Notes under the pieces: generated by a model
Databases searched by the model: none
The model's input: the letters and a program-made list of their open reading frames with translations, nothing else
What the model was told of the DNA's origin: nothing
Assembly (NCBI GenBank): GCA_049840735.1
Contig: JASGJN010000020.1
Location: 32,001 to 96,000, forward strand
From: Anaeromyxobacter sp.
Lineage (GTDB): Bacteria > Myxococcota > Myxococcia > Myxococcales > Anaeromyxobacteraceae
DNA: 64,000 nt
Direction of reading: 5' to 3'
Shown: positions 1-31,500 of the stretch, in pieces
Layout: each line of letters starts with the position of its first letter
Numbering within the stretch: the first letter of the stretch is position 1
Program-made: the position numbers and the translations under genes

Positions 1-2524
1 CGCCGCCAGCCCCAGCAGCGTCGGGTGGGGCCCGATCTCCACCAGCGCCGTGGCGCCGGCGGCCCGGAGGGCGGCGATGCCCGCGGCGAACCGGACCGGC
101 TCCCGCGCGTGCCGCCGGAAGTAGGCGGCGTCCGGGGCGACGCCCACCGGCATGAGCTCGCCGGTGAGGTTGGAGACGATGGGGATGCGCGGGGCCGCCA
201 GGGTGAGCCCCGCCGCGAAGCGCTCCAGCGGCTCCAGCATGGGGTCGAGCCGGTGCGAGTGGAAGGCGTGGGAGACCTCCAGCGCCCGCCCCTTCACGCC
301 CTCGGCGGCGAAGGCGGCCAGCACCTCGGCCACGGCCGGAGCGTCGCCGGGAGATCACCGTCTCCTCCGGGCCGTTGACGGCGGCGATGGAGAGCCGGTC
401 GCGCAGCGGGGCGAGCCGCGCCTCCACCCGGTCCGCGGTCGTGAACAGGGCCGCCATGGCCCCGCCGGCCGGGAGCGCCTGCATGAGCCGGCCGCGCTCG
501 GCGATGAGCGCCAGCCCCTCCTCCAGGCCGATGGCGCCGGCCACGCAGGCCGCCGCCAGCTCACCCACGCTGTGGCCCATCACGAAGGACGGGGTGATCC
601 CCCAGGCGCACCACTGCTCGGCCAGCGCGTACTCCAGGGCGAACAGCGCGGGCTGGGTGTAGCCGGTCTGGCCCAGCGGCGTCTCCTGCCCCTCGCGCGG
701 GAAGATCACCTCCAGCAGCGGCCGCTCCAGGCGCGGCGCCAGGAGCGCCGCGCAGCGGTCGAGCGCGGTCCGGAACACCGGCTCGCGGTCGTAGAGCCCG
801 CGCCCCATGCCCGGGTACTGCGCGCCCTGGCCGGTGAAGAGGAAGGCGATCCGGGGGCGCTCGCCGGGGCGCAGCGCGTGCTCGGCCGCCGCGGCCGGCA
901 GCTGGCCGCCGGCGTAGGCGCGCAGGTCCGCCTCCAGCCCCTGGCGCGAGTCGGCCACCAGGGCCAGGCGCCGCCCCTGCAGCGCGCGGCCGGTGGCGGC
1001 GGTCCGCGCCACGGCGGCCACGGTCAGGCCTGGGTCCTGCGCGAGCCGCTCGGCCGTGGCCGCGGCCAGCGCCCGCAGCCCTCCCTCGTCGCGCGCCGAG
1101 AGCGCCACCAGCGTGGGGGCGCCGGCGTCCGGGACCGGCGCCTCGGGCAGCGGCGCCTCCTCCAGGATGACGTGGGCGTTGGTCCCGCTGAACCCGAAGG
1201 CGCTCACCCCCGCGCGGCGGGGGCGCGCGCCGCGCGGCCAGGGGGTCAACGCGGTGGGCACCGCCACCGGCAGCTCGGCCCACGGGATGCGCGGGTTGGG
1301 CGTGGTGAAGTTGCGGTGCGGGGGGATGGCCTCGTTCCGCAGCGACTGGACCACCTTGAGCAGGCCGGCGATCCCCGAGGCGGCCTCGGCGTGGCCGATG
1401 TTGGTCTTGATGGAGCCGATCAGGAGCGGGCGCTCCCGCCTCGGCCCGCCCGACATGACCGCGCCCAGCGCCTCCACCTCGATGGGATCGCCGAGCGAGG
1501 TGCCGGTGCCGTGCGCCTCCACGTAGTCGAGCGCCTCCGGCCCCAGGCGCGCGCCCTGCAGCGCCTTGCGCACCACCGCCTGCTGCGCGGGGCCGCTCGG
1601 GACCGTGAGGCCACTGCTGCGGCCGTCGGAGTTCACGGCCGAGCCGCGGATCACCGCCAGGATGGGATCGCGGGCCGCCAGCGCGTCGGAGAGCCGCTTG
1701 AGGGCGATGACCGCGCAGCCCTCGGCGCGCACGAAGCCGTCGGCGGCCGCGTCGAAGGTCTTGCAGCGCCCGTCCGGCGCCATCATCCCCCACTTCGAGA
1801 ACAGCACCATGGGCTCGGGCAGCAGCACCACGTTGACGCCGCCGGCCAGGGCCAGGTCGCTGTCGCCGGCCCGCAGGCTCTGGCAGGCGAGGTGCACCGC
1901 CACCAGCGACGACGAGCAGGCGGTGTCCACCGAGACGCAGGGGCCCTGCAGCCCGAAGGTGAACGCGATGCGCCCGGCGGCGGCGTTCAGGGCGGTCCCG
2001 GTGGCGGAGTAGATCTCGGTCCGCTCCGAGCCGATCTCGCGCAGGTAGTGGAAGTAGTCGTTGGTGGTGATGCCCACGAACACGCCGGTGGCGCTGCCGG
2101 CCAGCCGGTCCGGCGCGATGCAGGCGCTCTCCAGGGCCTCGTAGGAGGTCTCGAGCAGCAGGCGGTGCTGCGGGTCGAGCCCGGCGGCCTCGCGGGGCGA
2201 GATCCCGAACAGCGCCGGCTCGAACTGGTCGATCTGGGAGAGGAACCCGCCGCGCCGCGTGACCATCCGGTCGGGGACGCTGGGATCGGGATTGTAGCAG
2301 GCGTCCACGTCCCACCGGTCCGCCGGCACGTCGGAGACCGCGTCCACCCCGTCGCGGACCGTCCGCCAGAGCCCGTCCAGGTCGACGATGCCGCCGGGAT
2401 AGCGGCACCCCGCGCCCACGATGGCCAGGGGCTCGTGGCGGCGCTGCTGCTCGGCCTCCAGCCGCTCCTCCAGCCGGTCGATGGCGGCGAGGGCGTCATG
2501 CAGGATCTGGCGACGTTCGGTCAT
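1..2524 (-). CDS. Modular type I PKS F (docking domain-KS-AT...), truncated at window edge; apparent +1 frameshift near 350
   Basis: Translated by hand from ATG 2524 (ATGA overlap with the DMT stop): MTERRQILHDALAAIDRLEERLEAEQQRRHEPLAIVGAGCRYPGG. KS DTACSSS, EAHGTGT, KTNIGH. AT QTGYTQPALF, GHSVG, and HAFH (malonyl-type) after the frameshift. Not in the ORF track. Confidence 0.93.
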   Translation of the reverse strand, partial: MTERRQILHDALAAIDRLEERLEAEQQRRHEPLAIVGAGCRYPGGIVDLDGLWRTVRDGVDAVSDVPADRWDVDACYNPDPSVPDRMVTRRGGFLSQIDQFEPALFGISPREAAGLDPQHRLLLETSYEALESACIAPDRLAGSATGVFVGITTNDYFHYLREIGSERTEIYSATGTALNAAAGRIAFTFGLQGPCVSVDTACSSSLVAVHLACQSLRAGDSDLALAGGVNVVLLPEPMVLFSKWGMMAPDGRCKTFDAAADGFVRAEGCAVIALKRLSDALAARDPILAVIRGSAVNSDGRSSGLTVPSGPAQQAVVRKALQGARLGPEALDYVEAHGTGTSLGDPIEVEALGAVMSGGPRRERPLLIGSIKTNIGHAEAASGIAGLLKVVQSLRNEAIPPHRNFTTPNPRIPWAELPVAVPTALTPWPRGARPRRAGVSAFGFSGTNAHVILEEAPLPEAPVPDAGAPTLVALSARDEGGLRALAAATAERLAQDPGLTVAAVARTAATGRALQGRRLALVADSRQGLEADLRAYAGGQLPAAAAEHALRPGERPRIAFLFTGQGAQYPGMGRGLYDREPVFRTALDRCAALLAPRLERPLLEVIFPREGQETPLGQTGYTQPALFALEYALAEQWCAWGITPSFVMGHSVGELAAACVAGAIGLEEGLALIAERGRLMQALPAGGAMAALFTTADRVEARLAPLRDRLSIAAVNGPEETVISRRRSGRGRGAGRLRRRGREGAGAGGLPRLPLAPARPHAGAAGALRGGAHPGGPAHPHRLQPHRRAHAGGRRPGRRLLPAARAGAGPVRRGHRRPPGRRRHGAGGDRAPPDAAGAGG

Positions 2525-3383
2525 GGCGAGGGCTCGGCGACGGCGTGGGAGGTCCGGGCGCAGGCCCAGGCCCCGGTCAGGAGGAGGAGTGGCGACAGCG
2601 CCAGGGCGGCGGGCGGCGGCGGCTGGCCCGCCGCGACGCCCAGGGCCACGAGGCCCAGCGCCGCCGGCAGCCAGGCCAGCGAGGCGGGGACCGGGACGGG
2701 CGCGAGCGCCGCCGTCCGCTCCAGCGTCCACAGGGCGAGCCCGCCGGTGAGGGCCAGGGCGGCCAGCACCGCCAGGTCGCGGGCCCCCGGGGTGACCCAG
2801 GCGCCCAGCACGCCCGGCGCGAGCACCAGCACCACGCCCGCCGCCGCGAAGGCGAGGTTGGTCCGGGCCGGCTCGCCGCGCAGGGCGCGGGTCAGCACCA
2901 GGTACAGGGCGAAGCAGCCGGCCATCGCCAGCGGCAGCAGCGCCCGCCAGGCCGGCGGCGGCGCCGCGGCCTGCAGCGCCGCCGCCGCGGCCACGAGCCC
3001 CACGGCCGCGACCACCCAGGCCGGCGCCGGCGCGCGCTCGGCCAGCAGCGCGCGGGCGAGGACCAGGGCCAGGGCCGGGCTGGCCGCCAGGGCCGCCACC
3101 GCCGCGCCGGCCGCCACGCCCGCGCGCAGGGAGAGGGCGAAGGTGATGGACAGGCCGGCCAGGGCCGCCGCCCGCGCGAGCTGGAGCGAGCGCCGCCGCG
3201 TCCGCCAGATGGGCGTCCGGGACCGCGCGGCCCAGGCCGCCAGCGCCGCGAGCAGCGCCAGGTGCTTGAGGAACACCACCTCCAGGGGCGGGAGCGGCGC
3301 GCGCAGCGCAGCGCCCAGCAGGAGGTCGGTGGCGAAGAGCCCGGCGAAGGCCGCCATGAGCGCCAGGCTGCGGTGGGCCGGGG

Positions 3384-3387
<4 letters not shown>
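2521..3387 (-). CDS. DMT/EamA-family transporter inside the PKS operon
   Basis: 288-aa, very hydrophobic multi-TM protein with EamA-like segments (EVVFLKH, WRTRRRSLQLAR, SPALALVLARALLAER). GTG start overlaps the PKS-E stop (GTGA). Confidence 0.75.
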
Positions 3388-22035
<18,648 letters not shown>

Positions 22036-22039
<4 letters not shown>

Positions 22040-25000
22040 GTGGTTCCTCCCCGCTCCAGCTCCGCCAGCAGCGCCGCCTCGGCCTGGGCCTCGGTGAGCC
22101 CGGCCACCTCGTCGCGGGCCCGGTCCGGCCCGGCCGCCGGGGCCTCCGCCGCCGCAGGCTCGGGCGCCAGCAGCCGCAGCAGGTGATCCGCCAGCCCCTC
22201 GACGGTGGGGTGGTCGAAGACCAGCGTGGCCGGGAGCGCCTGGCCCGCCGCGCGGGCCAGGACGTTGCGCAGCTCCACCGACATGAGCGAGTCGAGCCCG
22301 AGCTCCCGCAGCGGCCGGCGCGGGTCGAGCTGCGCTCCGGCCTCGAGCCCCATCACCTGGACCGCCCGCTTCAGCACCTCGGCCACCAGCGCCGCGCGGC
22401 GCTGGGCGGGCGCCAGCGCGCGGAGCCCGGCCGCCAGCCCCGCCGCGGCCGGTCCAGCCGGGGCCGCACGCGCGCTGGCCGCCCGCGGCGCCACCGGCTC
22501 GAAGAAGGCCGGGTCCAGCCCGGGCGGGAGCTGCGCCAGGAAGGCCGGCCAGCGGATGGGCAGCACCAGCGCGTGCGCCGTCCCCTCTCGCAGCAGCCGC
22601 TCCAGGCAGGCGAAGCCCGCCTCCGGGGCGATGGGCAGGAGCCCCCGGCCGGCCCACGCATCGCGCCCCTGGGCCGCCAGCCGGGCCGCCATCCCCACGC
22701 CGGCCCAGGTCCCCCACCCCACGCTCAGGGCCGGCCACCCGGCCCTGCGCCGCGCCAGCGCCAGCGCGTCCAGCTCGGCGTTGGCGGCCGGGTAGGCGCC
22801 CTGCCCAGCCGCGCCCAGGTGGAGCCCGGCCGCGGAGTAGAGGACGAACAGCTCCAGCGGGAGGTCGCGGGTGAGCGCGTCCAGCACGAAGGCGCCGCGC
22901 GCCTTCCCGTGCAGCACCTCGCGGCAGCCCGCCCAGCGCTGCCGGACCAGCGGGGCGTCGTAGAGCGCGCCCGCGGCGTGGAAGACGCCGCGCAGCGGTG
23001 GGAACCCCTGCCGCGGCAGGGCCGCGAGCACCTCGGCCATGGCGCGCGCGTCCCCCGCGTCGGCGGTGAAGACGCCCACCCGCGCACCCGCCTGCTCCAG
23101 CTCCGCCAGCGCCGCCGCGGCGGCCTGGTCCGGCGCCCGGCGGGCGGTCAGGGCCAGCGCCCGCGCGCCGGAGCGGACCAGCCAGCGCGCCGTCTCGAGC
23201 CCCAGGCCACCCAGCCCGCCGGTCACCAGGTAGGTGGCGTCGCCCGAGATGCGGGGGGCCGAGGGCGGAGGGCGGAGCACGATCTTCCCGACGTGGCGCG
23301 CCTGGGCCATGTAGCGGAAGGCCTCGCCGGCCGCCTCCAGCGGGAAGACGGTGACCGGGAGGGGCCCGAGCTGGCCCGCGCCCAGGGCCGCCACCAGCTC
23401 GTCCATCATGGGCCCGAGCAGCCCCCGATCGGCCAGCGCCTCCGACCCCAGGTCGTAGGCGTGGTAGCGGACGTCCGGCCGGAGCCGGGCCGCCTCCGCC
23501 GGCGAGAGGATCCCGCGCTTCCCCAGCTCCAGGAACCGGCCGCCGGTCCGCAGCACCCCCAGGCTGGCGGCGATGAAGTCCCCCGCCAGCGAGTTGAGCA
23601 CCACGTCCACGCCCTCGCCCCCGGTGGCCAGCCGCACGCCCTCGGCGAAGGAGAGCGAGCGCGAGTCGAGCACGCAGCGGACGCCCATGGACGCGAGCAG
23701 CGCCCGCTTCTCCGGAGCGCCCGCGGTCGCGATCACCTCCGCGCCGCAGCGCTGGGCCAGCTGGACCGCCGCCAGCCCCACGCCGCCCGCCGCGGCGTGG
23801 ATCAGCACCCGCTCCCCGGCGCGCAGCCCGGCCAGCCGGTGCAGCCCGTACCAGGCGGTGAGGAAGGCCACCGGCAGCGCGGCGGCGTCCTCGTCCCGCA
23901 GCCCGGGAGGCACCTGGGCCAGGAAGGCCGCCGGCACGACCACCTCGGTGGCGAGCGCGGCCGGGGCGAAGCCGAAGACGCGCGCGCCCGGCGCCAGGCC
24001 GGTCACGGCCGCGCCGCACGCCTCCACCACGCCGGCGCACTCGGCGCCGAGCGGGACCCCCTCCCCCGGGTACATGCCCAGGGCCAGGAGCACGTCCCGG
24101 AAGTTGAGCCCCGCCGCCGAGACCCGCACCCGCACCTCGTCGGCGCGGAGCGCCTGGCGCGGGCGCGCCCGCAGCGCCAGCCCCTCCAGCGTCCCGGAGC
24201 GCTCCAGCTCCAGGTGCAGCGGACGGTCCAGCTCGGCCAGCGCCCGCGCCGGGCGCCGCTCCAGGCGCGGGGCCCAGCGGGCGCCGCCGCGGAGCGCCTG
24301 GGCCGGCGCGCCGCCGCCCGCCTCCAGCAGGACCTCGAGCAGGCCGGCGCACCCTCCGGCCGGCTCGGCGGGATCGAGCTCCACGCGCCTCACCCGCAGG
24401 CCCGGCTCCTCCACCGCCACCACGCTGGCCAGGCCCCACGCTCCGGCCGCGCGGGGCCGGAGCGCCGCCGCCGGCTCCTCGCCGGTGACCACCTGCGCGC
24501 CACGCGTCACCACCCAGAGCGGACCCGCGCCGGCCGGCGGCAGCCCCTGCGCCAGGTGGAGCAGCGCGCCCACGGCCAGCGCCTGCTGGCGCTCCTCGTC
24601 CTCCGGAGTGGCCAGCGGACCGGCCGGCGCGACGTCGAGCGGGAGCAGGTCCACCACCGGCCCGACCGGCCCCACCTCGCCCAGGAGCCAGCCCAGGTCG
24701 CCCGGCGAGGCAGGGTCGAAGGTCCAGCGGTCCTCCGCCGGGTGGCCTCGGCCGGCGCCGGCGAACGCCAGCGCGAGAGGGAGCCCGGCCGCGCGCAGGG
24801 CCTGCCCCAGCGCCTCGCCGGCGCCGCCCCGATCGCACAGCAGGAGCCAGCGACCCGGCGGCGGCGCCGCCGCGCCGGCGGGCGGCAGCTTCCGCCAGGA
24901 CACGACGTGGACGGCCTCGTCCTCCGCCACCGCCCCGGCCTCCGCAGGCGCGAGGCGGACGCCCGCCAGCGCGGCCACCGGCAGGCCCGCCTCGGACTCC

Positions 25001-28000
25001 AGCCACACGTCCGCCGTGACCGACCCCGACGCGCCCACCGCGCGGAGCTGGGCGCGGGCGCGGGTGCGCGCGCCGGCCGGGCGGACCAGCTCCACCCGAT
25101 CCACGCCCACCGGCAGCAGCAGCCGGGACGGGAGCTCGCCGCCCGGCCCCCGCGCCGCCGCGAGCGCGCAGAGCTGCAGCGCGCCGTCGAGGATCACCGG
25201 GTGGAGCGCGTGGGTCCCGGCGTCGAGCCCCGCGCCATCGATCCACGCCTCGGCCACGCCCTCGCCGCGGCGCACGCCGGACAGGCTGCGGAAGGCCGGC
25301 CCGAAGGGCACGCCCAGCGCCTCCAGCCGCCGGTAGACGTCGGCGGCCTCCACCGGCTCCTCCGCCGCCGGCCCGGCCGCGCCGGGCTCCGCAGCGGCGC
25401 CGGCCAGCGCCTCGGAGGCCGCGATGCGCCGCCACCCGCCGGCCTCGAGCGCCTCGTGCAGCTCGAGGTGGGCGCGGCCTGGCCCGGCCTCCGAGGCCAC
25501 CACCTGCCAGCGCGCGGCGCCCTCCCCGGGCTCGGGCAGGAGCAGCGGCCGCTCCACCGCCAGCCCCTCCAGCCCGGCGGGCCCGCCCAGCGCGGCGGCG
25601 GCCGCGGCGTGGAAGAGCTCGATCATGGCCGCCGCCGGCAGCACGATCCGCCCGCCGATGCGGTGGTCCGCCACCCAGGCCGGCGCCCCGTCCCAGCCCC
25701 CCTCGAAGACGCGCGCCGCCAGGCCGGCCACCGGCACCGGCCGCCCCAGCAGCGGGTGGGCGCCCGCGACCGGGGGCGCGGCCGCGCGGGCCGGGAGCGG
25801 CCGGATCCAGTGGCGCCGGCGCTGCCAGGGATAGGCGGGCAGCCCCACCACCTCGGCCGGCGCGCGCTGCAGCTCTCCCCAGGCCGGCGAGAGGCCTGCC
25901 TCGTAGAGCCCCGCCGCGGCCTGCAGCATGGTCTCGCGCTCCGGGCGACCGCGGCGCAGGGACGCGAGCACGCGGGCGCGGCGGCCGGCCGCCTCCAGGC
26001 ACTCGCCGATGGACGCGGCCAGCACCGGATGCGGCCCCAGCTCCAGGAAGGTCTCGTGCCCCCCCGCCGCCAGCGTCCCGATGGCTCGCGCGAAGCGGAC
26101 CTGCTCGCGCACGTTGCGCCCCAGGTACGCCGGCGTCACCGGCTCGGCGAGCAGCCCGCCGGTCACGGTGGAGCAGAACGGGAGGCGCGGCGGCGCGGAG
26201 ACCAGCTGCGCCAGGGCCTCCTCCAGGCGGCGCTGGAAGGGGGCCATCTGGGCGGAGTGGAAGGCGTAGCGGACCGGGAGGCGCCGCTGCTCGACCCCCT
26301 GGGCGGAGAGGCGCGCCAGGAGCTCGTCCAGCGCCTGCTCCTCGCCCGAGAGCACCGCCGTGCGCGGGCCGTTCACCGCCGCCACCGAGAGCCGCTCGCC
26401 GTACGGGCGCACCGCCTCGGCCGCCGCGTCCTCGTCCAGCGCCACCTGCGCCATGCGACCGGTGCCGGTCGCCTCCTGCATGAGCCGCGCGCGGTGGAAG
26501 ACCACCCTCACCGCCTCGGGCAGCTCCAGCGCGCCCGCCACGTGGAGCGCGGCGATCTCGCCGACGCTGTGCCCGGCCACCGCCGACGGCTCGATCCCCC
26601 ACGCCCGCCACAGCGCCGCCAGCGCCACCTGCAGCGCGAAGAGGGCCGGCTGGGCCACCGCCGTCTGGTCGAGCCGCGAGCGCCCCTCGTCGGCGCGCAG
26701 CTCGTCCATCAGCGACCAGCCGGCCAGCGGCGCCAGCACCGCGTCGCACCGCTCCAGCGCCTCGCGGAAGACCGGCTCCGTCCCCGAGAGCTCGCGCCCC
26801 ATGGCGTGCCACTGCGGCCCCTGGCCGCCGAACACGAAGGCGACCCGGGCCGCCTCGCCCCGCGGGGCGGGCCCATCCGCGGCCGGGTCCCAGGCCTCCA
26901 GCCGCTGGCGGAGCGCCGCGCGCAGGTCCTCCCGCGTGCGCCCCACGACCGCCAGCCGGGCCTCGTGGTGCGTGCGCCGCTCGGCGGCCGTGTGGCAGAG
27001 CTGGGCGGGGCTCGCCTCCGTCCCGCCCAGGAAGGCGTCCCACCGCTCCGCCAGCGCGCGCAGCGCCTCCGGGCGCTGGGCCGAGAGCGGCAGGAGGCGG
27101 GCCACGTCCTCGGCCGGCTCGCCCGGCGGCAGCCGCGGCGCCTCCTCCAGCACCACGTGGGCGTTGGTGCCGCCCACCCCGAAGGAGCTCACGCCGGCGC
27201 AGCGTGGCTGCGCCCCGTCCGGCCAGGGCGTGAGCGCGGTGGGGATGGCGAGGCGCGTGCCGTCCAGGTGGATGTGCGGGTTGAGCCGGCTGAAGTGCAC
27301 CTGCCCCGGCACCGCGCGGTGGCGCAGCACCTGCACCGCCTTGATGAGGCCGACCACGCCGGCCGCCGCCTCGAGGTGGCCGATGCTGGACTTGGCCGCG
27401 CCCAGCCAGCACGGGCCGGCGGCCGGCGCGCGCCCCACCACCTCCGCGATGGCCTCCACCTCGATGGGATCGCCCAGCGCCGTCCCGGTGCCGTGGGTCT
27501 CGACGAAGCCGACGCGGTCCGGCGCGAGCTGGGCCGAGGCCAGCGCCTCGGCCAGCATGGCCCGCTGGGCCAGGCCGTTGGGGGCGGCGAGCAGCGTGGA
27601 GTGGCCGTCCTGGTTCACGGCCGAGCCGCGCACCACCGCCAGGATCCGATCGCCGTCGGCCACCGCGTCGGCCAGGCGCTTCAGGACCACCACCCCGCAC
27701 CCCTCGCCGCGGCCGAAGCCGTCGGCGCGGGCGTCGAAGGTCTTGGAGCGCCCGTCGGGCGCCATGAAGCCGACCTTGGACATCGAGACCATCAGCTCGG
27801 GGCCGACGATGACCGAGACCCCGCCCGCCACCGCCAGGTCGGTCTCGCCGTCGCGCAGCCCCTGGCAGGCGAGGTGGACCGCCACCAGCGAGGAGGAGCA
27901 GGCGGTGTCGAGCGACAGGCTCGGCCCCTTGAGGTCGAGCAGGAACGAGAGCCGGTTGGCCAGGACGCTGTGCAGCGTGCCGGTCAGCGTCCGCAGGTCG

Positions 28001-28509
28001 ATGGCCTCGACGTCCTGGTACTGCTGGTGCTCGTAGTCGTTGTGGTAGCTCGCCACGTAGACGCCGGCGCGCGCGCCGCGCAGCCGGTCGCGCGGCAGCC
28101 CCGCGTCCTCCAGCGCCTCGACCGCCACCTCGAGGAAGAGCCGCTGCTGCGGGTCCATCCGCTCGGCCTCGCGGGGGAGGACGCCGAAGTAGTCGGCGTC
28201 GAACCCGTCCACCTGGTCGAGGAACCCCGCCCAGCGGGTGATGGCCTTCCCGGGCGCCGCCGGGTCGGGGTCGTGCCAGGCGGCAGCGTCCCAGCGATCC
28301 GGGGGGACCTCGCGCACCGCGTCGGTGCCCCGGCACAGGAGATCCCAGAAGGCGTCCGGTCCGTCGGCGCCCGGCACCCGGCAGCCCATGCCGACGACGG
28401 CGATGGGGTCGGCGCGCAGCACCGGCGCCGCCTCGGCGCGCACCTGCCGCGCCATCAGCGCCAGCTTGATGGCAGAGAGGTCACCGAGCCGCGGCCGGGA
28501 TGCGCTCAT
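22036..28509 (-). CDS. Modular type I PKS B: KS-AT-DH-ER-KR-ACP (fully reducing)
   Basis: Intact 2157-aa ORF. KS DTACSSS. AT GHSVG / YAFH (malonyl-type). [55 protein letters not shown]. Confidence 0.96.
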
Positions 28510-31500
28510 CGGGTTCCCCGCTTCCGCCCCGCCCGCAGCGCGAGCGCGGCCTCCTCGTCGGACAGCCCGGCGATGCCCTCCACCGCCGGCGCAGCCGGGG
28601 CCGGGGCCGCCGCCGGCGCGGCCGCGGGCGCCTCGCCGTCGCCGGCCAGGTGCTCCACCAGCGCCGCGATGGTCGGGTAGTTGAACGCCAGCGAGGCCGG
28701 CAGCGATCGGCCCAGCGCGGACTCGAGCCGGTTGCGCAGCTCCATGGCCAAGAGCGAGCCCAGGCCCATCGAGCCCAGGGTGCGCGTCCGGTCAATCCGG
28801 TCCGGGGCGAGCTTCAGCGCCTGCCCGACCGCGTGGCGGACGATCCGCTCCAGCGCGGCCCGCCGCTCGGCCGGGCCGGAGGGGATGGCCTCGCCGCTCG
28901 TCGCCTCGGGGACCGCCGCCAGCAGCCGGCGGTGGAGCGCGCCCGGGCGGCCGACCCGGGCGCGGGCGAAGGCGGCCCAGTCGGCGGGCAGCACGGCCGC
29001 GTGCGGCGCCGAGGTCCCCCACAGCCAGCCCAGCACCTTCACGGCCGCGTCGGGCGGGAACGGGCGCAGCCCGCGCCGCGTCATCTCCCGGACCCGGCCC
29101 TCGCCCGCCTCGCCGCGCACCAGCCCCGTCCCCGCCCACACGCCGAAGCCCACGCTGAGCGCCGGGAGCCCCCGTGCCCGCCGGTCCAGCGCCAGCGCGT
29201 CGAGGCCGGCGTTGGCGGCCGCGTAGGCTGCCTGGCCGGGCTGCGGCTGGAAGGCGCTGATGGACGAGAAGAGGACGAAGGCGTCCAGGTCCGGCAGCAG
29301 GCGATCCAGCAGCAAGGCGCCGCCCAGCTTGGGCCGGACCACCGCCTCGAAGGCCTCCTGCCCGAGGTCGCCGGTGAGCCGGTCGGCCAGGACGCCGGCG
29401 GCGTGCAGCACGCCGCGGATGGGAGGCCGGCCCTCGGCGGACCAGCGGGACAGGAAGGCCCGGAGCTGCGGCTCGTCCCCCACGTCCACCGCGGCGTGGT
29501 GGACGGCCGCGCCGGCCGCCTCCAGGGCGCGGACGGCGGCGATGCGCTGCCCCGCGACGCTGGCGGGATCGACCTCCGCCCAGGCCTCGCGGGCCGGCAG
29601 CGCGGTGCGCCCCAGGAGCAGCAGCCGCCGCACCCCGCGCTCGACCAGGTAGCGGGCGGCGTGGAGCGCGGCCTCGCCCAGGCCGCCGGTGATGAGGTAG
29701 GTGGCGTCCTTCCGCCAGGCCACCGCCCGCGACGTCACCTCGGCGGGCAGCGGCGCCAGCCGCTGCACCAGGCGGCGCCCCCCCCGCAGCGCGGCGGCGT
29801 CCTCCCCGTCTCCGGCCAGCAGGTGGCGCGCCAGGAGCGCCGCGTCGGCCCCGGGCGGCGCGGCCGGATCCAGATCCACCAGCCCGCCCCAGGCCTGCGG
29901 GAGCTCCTCGGCCAGGGCGCGCGCCGCGCCCCACAGGGCGGCCTGGGCCACCGCCACCCGCGCGCCCGCGTCGCCCACCTGCTGGCCGCCGCGGGTCGCG
30001 AACCAGACCCGGGCGCGGCCGCCGGCGGGCAGGGCGCGCGCCACCCGCACCGGCAGGTCCGGCGCGGCGCCCTCTCCCACCAGCACCACCACGCCCTCGG
30101 GGCCGCTCCCGGCCGTGCCCGCCAGCGCCTGCTCGAGCGGGACCGGCGGCGCCACCTCGGCGTGGCTCCCTGCGGCGCGCAGCGCCTCGGCCAGCGCGGA
30201 GCCGGCGTCCGCCTCCTGCGCCAGCACCAGCCAGGTCCCGCCCGGCCGGCGCTGCGGCGGCTCCGAGCGCTCCCACTCCAGCCGGTGCAGCCAGCCGCGC
30301 GTCTCGGCCTCCAGCCGCTCCGGTCCGGCGGGCTCGGCGCCCGGGCCGTCCTGGCGGTCGGCCCCCTCCACCCAGTGGCGCTCGCGCTGCCACGGGTAGC
30401 GTGGCAGCGCCACCTCGCGCCCGCGGGGAGAGACGCGGCTCCAGTCGAGCGGCTCGCCCGCCACCCAGAGCCGGCCCAGCCCGCCCAGCAGCGCGGCCAG
30501 CTCGGGCTCGTCCCGGCGGCCAGAGGCCACCGTGGTCACGCTCCGCCCCGCCTCGCGGGCTCCCTGCTCGACGGCGTGGAGCAGCACCGGGTGCGGCCCC
30601 AGCTCCACGAAGGCGGTGACGCCGTCCTCGAGCAGGGCCGACACCGCCCGCCAGAACTGGACCGGCTGCCGGAGGTTCCGGGCCCAGTGCTGCGCGCCCA
30701 GCTCGGCGCCCTCGGCCTTGCGGCCGAGCGTGGTCGAGTGGAGCGGGAGGCGCGCCGGCGCGGGCGTGAGCCCGGCCAGCTCCCTGGCCAGCTCGGCCGC
30801 CAGCGGCTCCATCTGCGGGCTGTGGGAGGCGACGTCCACCTGGACCCGCCGGCAGAAGACGCCGTCGCGCTCCAGCTCGCGCAGGACCTCCTCCACGGCC
30901 GCCGGCTCCCCGGAGATCACTGAGGAGCGCGGGCCGTTGCTCACGGCCACCGCCAGCTGGTGCTCCCGCCCGCGCACCCGCTCCGCCGCGGCCTCCGCCG
31001 AGAGGTCCACCAGCGCCATGGCGCCGCGCCCAGCCACGCGGCGCATGAGCGCGCTGCGGCGGCAGACGACGCGCATGGCCTGCTCGAGGTCGAGCGCGCC
31101 GGCCAGGTGCGCCGCGCCCACCTCGCCCATGCTGTGGCCCACCACCGCCACCGGCTCGACGCCGGCCGCGCGCCACCAGGCCGCGTAGGCCAGCGACACC
31201 GCCAGCAGGACCGGCTGCACCACGTCGATGTCGCCCAGGCGGTGGCCCGGGGCGCCGGGCGGCGCGCGCAGCTGCTCCACGATTGACCAGCCGGCCAGCT
31301 CCCGCACGATCCGGTCGCAGGCCTCCAGGGTCCCGGCGAAGGCCGGCTCGCCGTCGAGCAGCTCCCGGGCCATGCCCGCCCACTGCCCGCCCTGGCCGGG
31401 GAAGACGAAGGCGATCCTGGGGCGCCCGCCCTGCGCCACGCCCTCCGCCGCGGCGGGGCTCCCGGCGGCGTAGCCGCGCAGCGCCCCCGCCATGCCGGCC